This document shows, piece after piece, positions 59,810-64,000 of a stretch of 64,000 nt of DNA. Under the pieces are notes generated by a model. The model ran no database searches, was not told the DNA's origin, and saw only the letters and a program-made list of their open reading frames with translations. How positions within the stretch are numbered: the first letter of the stretch is position 1; every line of letters starts with the position of its first letter. Both the position numbers and the translations under genes were made by a program. The stretch lies in the sequence record DRR723986_14244; one strand, 5' to 3'.

Positions 59810-60895
59810 ATGATAAAACGAAAAAACAGAAAAACAGAAACTCAGGATTATGTTAAGCATATAGGTAAAGTTCCTGGTACATTAATTTACACTGGCAAAA
59901 AGTCTGATAAAGAATTTCAAGTTGAGTGTTTTGATTACACTAAGGACAATGTGGAAGAATCCATACTGTTAGATATAGATGATGCGGCTAATTACAAGGA
60001 TACAGAATCTGTTACCTGGATTAATGTCGATGGTCTAAAACATATAGATAAAATTGAAGATATTGGAAAACAATATAATCTTCATCCATTAGTACTAGAA
60101 GATATAGTAAACACGACACAACGACCTAAGATAGATGAGTATGAAAACTACTTATTTGTAGTTTTAAAGATGTTGTATTATGATGAGAATGAAAATCTCA
60201 TTATCGAACAGGTGAGTTTTGTATTGGGTAAAAACTATGTGATTACATTTCAAGAATCAGAAGGGGATGTTTTTGGCACAATTAGGGATCGACTAAGATA
60301 TAATAACGGACGTATAAGAGGCTTAAAATCCAATTATTTAATGTATGCCTTAATTGATGCGGTTGTCGATAATTACTATAAAATTATTGAAACCCTTGGT
60401 AATAAAATTGAAGACTTAGAAACCGAATTATTTGAAGGACATGCCAGAGAAGATGTTAATGCAGTAATACAACAACTGAAACGAGAAATACTAAAAGTAA
60501 GACGTGCTATTTTTCCTTTACGAGAGATTGTAAGTCGTATCACAAAAGAAGATCATCCATTAATTTACAAATGCACAATAACCTATTATAGAGATATTTA
60601 CGACCACTTAATTTAAGTATCATAAAACATTGATATTTATCGTGAGATGATTTGGAGTTTAATGGATATGTATATGACAACCATAAGTAATAAAATGAAT
60701 GAGGTAATGAAAGTGCTAACCATTATGTCTTCCATTTTTATTCCACTTTCTTTTCTAGCAGGACTCTATGGAATGAATTTTAAATACATGCCCGAATTAG
60801 AATATCGAAATGGTTATTTTTTACTTTTAGGAGCCATGTTAATTATTTTCATTGGCTTATTATTCTTTTTTAGAAGTAAGAAATGGCTTAAATAA
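59810..60895 (+). pseudogene. corA: corA Mg/Co transporter interrupted by two in-frame stops
   Basis: HPLVLEDI, QRPK, YGMNF motifs; TAA at 60614-60616 and 60623-60625 in one continuous frame. Confidence 0.85.
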
Positions 60896-60917
60896 AACTA
60901 ATTACTTAATCAACTTT

Positions 60918-61345
60918 ATGACAAGACAAGAACATCTTAAATTTTGTAAAACCTGCGTTAATTGAGAAATGGATTTAAAAGTAGGATTAATATGCAAAGA
61001 AACTGGAAAGATTGCAGATTTTGAAAACGAATGTCCTTCTTATCAACTAGACGAAAAACACGCAGCACAATTAGATAATGAAGATGCCATAGAACCTCAC
61101 CAAATAGTTGGTCGATTATCTAAAAAGAACTTAGAAAAATTAAAAGAAGAGCAAATGCGGAAAATCTAGGGTATTTTCAAACGGTTCTTTAATTTGATTA
61201 TTCCCTAACATTTCAAATCTTAAAAGAATCAGCAGGCCCAATGGACTTAATATTTTACTTAATTGCTGCTGCAGAAGGCTATAAGTTTTCATTTAGAAAA
61301 ATAACCGAAAAAGAACTTCATAATTTAGAGCATAAAAAAGAATAA
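60918..61345 (+). pseudogene. degraded hypothetical gene
   Basis: MTRQEHLKFCKTCVN*EMDLKVGLIC (TGA at 60963); further breaks; apparent C-terminal remnant AAAEGYKFSFRKITEKELHNLEHKKE*. Confidence 0.55.
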
Positions 61346-61438
61346 TTACAACATCCACCATCCGTTAAACAAAACCTAAAACCAAGACCTCAAATAACTA
61401 ACTTTCATATATTTGAAGTACAACTAACTAATAACTAC

Positions 61439-63958
61439 ATGCGCCATATTAAACTCTGCCTATTTCTTATTATAGGCGTCATACTGTCTTTAAACGCCCA
61501 GCAACCAAATAAACTAAATTCTTCAGAGATTTTTGAAGCAGTCCAAAAACTTAACGTTTTAGGATCTGTACTTTATATTGCTGCTCATCCAGATGATGAA
61601 AATACACGCTTAATTTCGTACATGTCTAATCACAAAAAGGCACGTACTGCATACTTATCTTTAACACGTGGAGATGGTGGACAAAATTTAATTGGTCCAG
61701 AAATTAGAGAATTACTTGGAGTCATAAGAACACAAGAACTTTTAGCTGCAAGGCGGATTGATGGCGGTGAACAACGCTTTACCAGAGCTAATGATTTTGG
61801 TTATTCTAAGCATCCAGATGAAACTTTAGAAATATGGAATAAAGAAGAGGTTCTCTCTGATGTGGTTTGGGCAATAAGAGAGTTTAAACCAGATGTTATT
61901 ATTAATCGTTTTGACCATAGAAGAGCTGGTAGAACACATGGTCATCACACAAGCTCAGCGCTACTGAGTATGGAAGCTTTTGATTTGGCCAATGACCCAA
62001 CAAAATATGCATCCCAGTTACAATTAACAGAAACATGGCAGCCAAAACGCTTGTTTTATAATACGTCATGGTGGCGTTATGGTAGTCGTGAAGCTTTTGA
62101 TAAAATAGATAAAAGCAATATGCTAAAATTTGATATTGGTGTGTATTACCCAACAAAAGGATTATCAAATAATGAAGTAGCTTCAATGGCAAGTAGCCAA
62201 CATTTATGTCAGGGATTTGGTAGATTAACCTCTCGTGGTACTCAAGAGGAATATATTGAGTTTCTTAAGGGTGATTCTTTAAATGGTAGTGAAGATGTCT
62301 TTGCTGGTATTGACACTTCTTGGAATAGAATTGATAATGGCGCTGAAATTGGAGATATATTGAATGAAGTAGAACAGAATTTCAATTTCACTAATCCATC
62401 ATCTCACCTTCCTCAGCTACTAGATGCCTATAAATTATTACAAAACATAAATGATCAACACTGGAAAAGTATAAAAACTAAAGAAATTAAGGCTATTATT
62501 GAAGCTTGTGCTGGCTTATACCTAGAAGTGTCTTCTAATACACCAAATGCGTCACCTAATTCTACGGTGTCTCTTAGAATAGAAGCCTTAAACCGAAGTA
62601 ATGCTAATATTGATCTAGTATCTTATAACCTATCCACACTTCAAAATGGTATTTCTAAAAATATGACTATGCCAGAGAATCAGCGTTTCAATTTTGACGA
62701 AGGCATAAATATACCTAAGAATATTGGCTATACAACTCCATACTGGCTTAATAAACAAAGTACACTTGGTATGTATCATGTCGATAACCAAGAACTTATT
62801 GGATTACCCGAAACACCAAGAGCCGTTTTTGTAGATTTTAATTTAAATATTGAAGGTACTCCTATAACCATAACAAAACCTGTGGTTTATCGTTACTCAA
62901 AACCAGATAAAGGTGAATTATACAGGCCATTTGAAATTATTCCAGAAGTATCTGCAAGTTTAACTGATAAGGTTTACATTTTTGATAATGACCAACAAAA
63001 AGAAATTGAAGTCATTATAAAGGCAGGTCGTGATGCTACAGAAGGCTATGTACAAATTGCCTATCCTAATGATTGGAGTGTTTATCCTGAAAAGCAAAAG
63101 GTTGAAATTATTAATAAAGGAGATATTCAAAAAGTTGTTTTTACTGTAATTCCGCCAAAAGGTCAAAGTGAAGGATTAATTACACCTATGGTCAATATCA
63201 ATGATGAATATTATACAGATGAACTAATTGAAATTGATTATGCCCATATTCCGTTTCAAACAGTATTAATGCCGAGTGTAAGTAAAGTGGTTAGACTAGA
63301 TATTAAAAAACGTGGCAATAACATCGGTTACATTGAAGGTGCAGGAGATGTTGTACCAGAAAGTTTAAGACAAATTGGGTATAACGTAACTATCGTAAAA
63401 CCAGAACAAATTTCAGCAAATAACTTAGTGAATTTCGATGCCATTGTTGTCGGTATTAGAGCTTATAACATTCTAGATGAATTGAAATTTAAGCAGAAGT
63501 TTCTTTTAGATTACGTTAAGAACGGCGGTAATTTGATTGTGCAGTACAACACCAGCAGAAGATTAAAAACTGATAATGTTGCTCCTTATAATTTGAAACT
63601 ATCAAGAGACCGTGTTACAGATGAAAATGCATTAGTGAGAATTCTAGAGCCTAATCATCCAGTACTTAATTTCCCAAATAAAATCACAATTAAAGATTTT
63701 GATGGCTGGGTACAAGAACGCGGTTTATATTTTCCCAATGTGTGGTCTAAGGAATTTACACCACTTTTATCAATGAATGACAAAGGAGAGTCTTCAAAAG
63801 AAGGAAGTTTGCTTGTTGCTCAGTACGGAAAAGGCAACTACATTTATACAGGCCTAAGTTTTTTTAGAGAATTTCCGGCGGGAGTATCTGGTGCCTACAA
63901 ACTATTTGTTAACTTGTTATCCGCAGGGAAAGAAACCAAGCCCAAACTAAAAAACTAA
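61439..63958 (+). CDS. secreted PIG-L/LmbE family deacetylase
   Basis: Signal peptide, AAHPDDEN, LTRGDGGQN, THGHH, C-terminal GATase-like domain. Confidence 0.88.
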   Translation: MRHIKLCLFLIIGVILSLNAQQPNKLNSSEIFEAVQKLNVLGSVLYIAAHPDDENTRLISYMSNHKKARTAYLSLTRGDGGQNLIGPEIRELLGVIRTQELLAARRIDGGEQRFTRANDFGYSKHPDETLEIWNKEEVLSDVVWAIREFKPDVIINRFDHRRAGRTHGHHTSSALLSMEAFDLANDPTKYASQLQLTETWQPKRLFYNTSWWRYGSREAFDKIDKSNMLKFDIGVYYPTKGLSNNEVASMASSQHLCQGFGRLTSRGTQEEYIEFLKGDSLNGSEDVFAGIDTSWNRIDNGAEIGDILNEVEQNFNFTNPSSHLPQLLDAYKLLQNINDQHWKSIKTKEIKAIIEACAGLYLEVSSNTPNASPNSTVSLRIEALNRSNANIDLVSYNLSTLQNGISKNMTMPENQRFNFDEGINIPKNIGYTTPYWLNKQSTLGMYHVDNQELIGLPETPRAVFVDFNLNIEGTPITITKPVVYRYSKPDKGELYRPFEIIPEVSASLTDKVYIFDNDQQKEIEVIIKAGRDATEGYVQIAYPNDWSVYPEKQKVEIINKGDIQKVVFTVIPPKGQSEGLITPMVNINDEYYTDELIEIDYAHIPFQTVLMPSVSKVVRLDIKKRGNNIGYIEGAGDVVPESLRQIGYNVTIVKPEQISANNLVNFDAIVVGIRAYNILDELKFKQKFLLDYVKNGGNLIVQYNTSRRLKTDNVAPYNLKLSRDRVTDENALVRILEPNHPVLNFPNKITIKDFDGWVQERGLYFPNVWSKEFTPLLSMNDKGESSKEGSLLVAQYGKGNYIYTGLSFFREFPAGVSGAYKLFVNLLSAGKETKPKLKN

Positions 63959-64000
63959 CAACTAACTATAATGCACAACCAAAACCAACCACAACCGAAG

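Noticed and set aside
60614-60625. Stop-codon reassignment explaining the corA TAA codons
   Set aside because: TAA terminates most genes in the window, and the two stops would need different residues
60963-60965. In-frame TGA near a CxxC as selenocysteine
   Set aside because: It is not at a Cys position of the motif, and the gene has additional lesions; nonsense mutation is simpler
283-63166. Many short ORFs antisense to or nested in long genes (e.g. 283-540, 10034-10423, 24864-25178, 27049-27381, 42633-42950, 61902-62192)
   Set aside because: They shadow well-supported genes on the opposite strand or frame and show no motifs
63971-64000. ORF start ATGCACAACC at the window edge
   Set aside because: Truncated; too short to call

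Overview
AT-rich chromosomal segment of a marine Flavobacteriaceae-type bacterium (Bacteroidota). This is inferred from gene content, TAnnTTTG-type promoters and a proteorhodopsin/blh pair. It has three parts. (1) 1-14.7 kb: an accessory stress/low-oxygen cluster (cbpA-cbpM, MscS, P1B-4 ATPase, Mla-type ABC, L,D-transpeptidase, D-lactate dehydrogenase). Seven of its promoters carry an FNR-like palindrome (TGAY-N4-VTCA) exactly 22 nt upstream of a -7 box; an eighth copy precedes SLC13-pckA at 41.7 kb. (2) 14,785-36,504: a ~21.7 kb integrative element inserted in the 3' end of tRNA-Ser(TGA). It has IntDOT-like mismatched att cores, identical 19-bp arm repeats at both ends, a tyrosine integrase and an HTH excisionase. 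It also carries a 509-aa protein with family-A polymerase/T7-RNAP-like motifs, an ~800-bp hairpin-rich non-coding region and a heavy-metal resistance cargo. No relaxase, T4SS or recognisable phage structural genes were found. (3) 36.7-64 kb: mostly core genes (M28 peptidases, tRNA-His, bshB1, pckA, blh/proteorhodopsin, ccsA, mscL, kdsC, maf, PIG-L protein). Four genes in the window are disrupted. All product calls come from motif recognition, not database searches. The best candidate for an undescribed system is the polymerase-like-gene-bearing integrative element.
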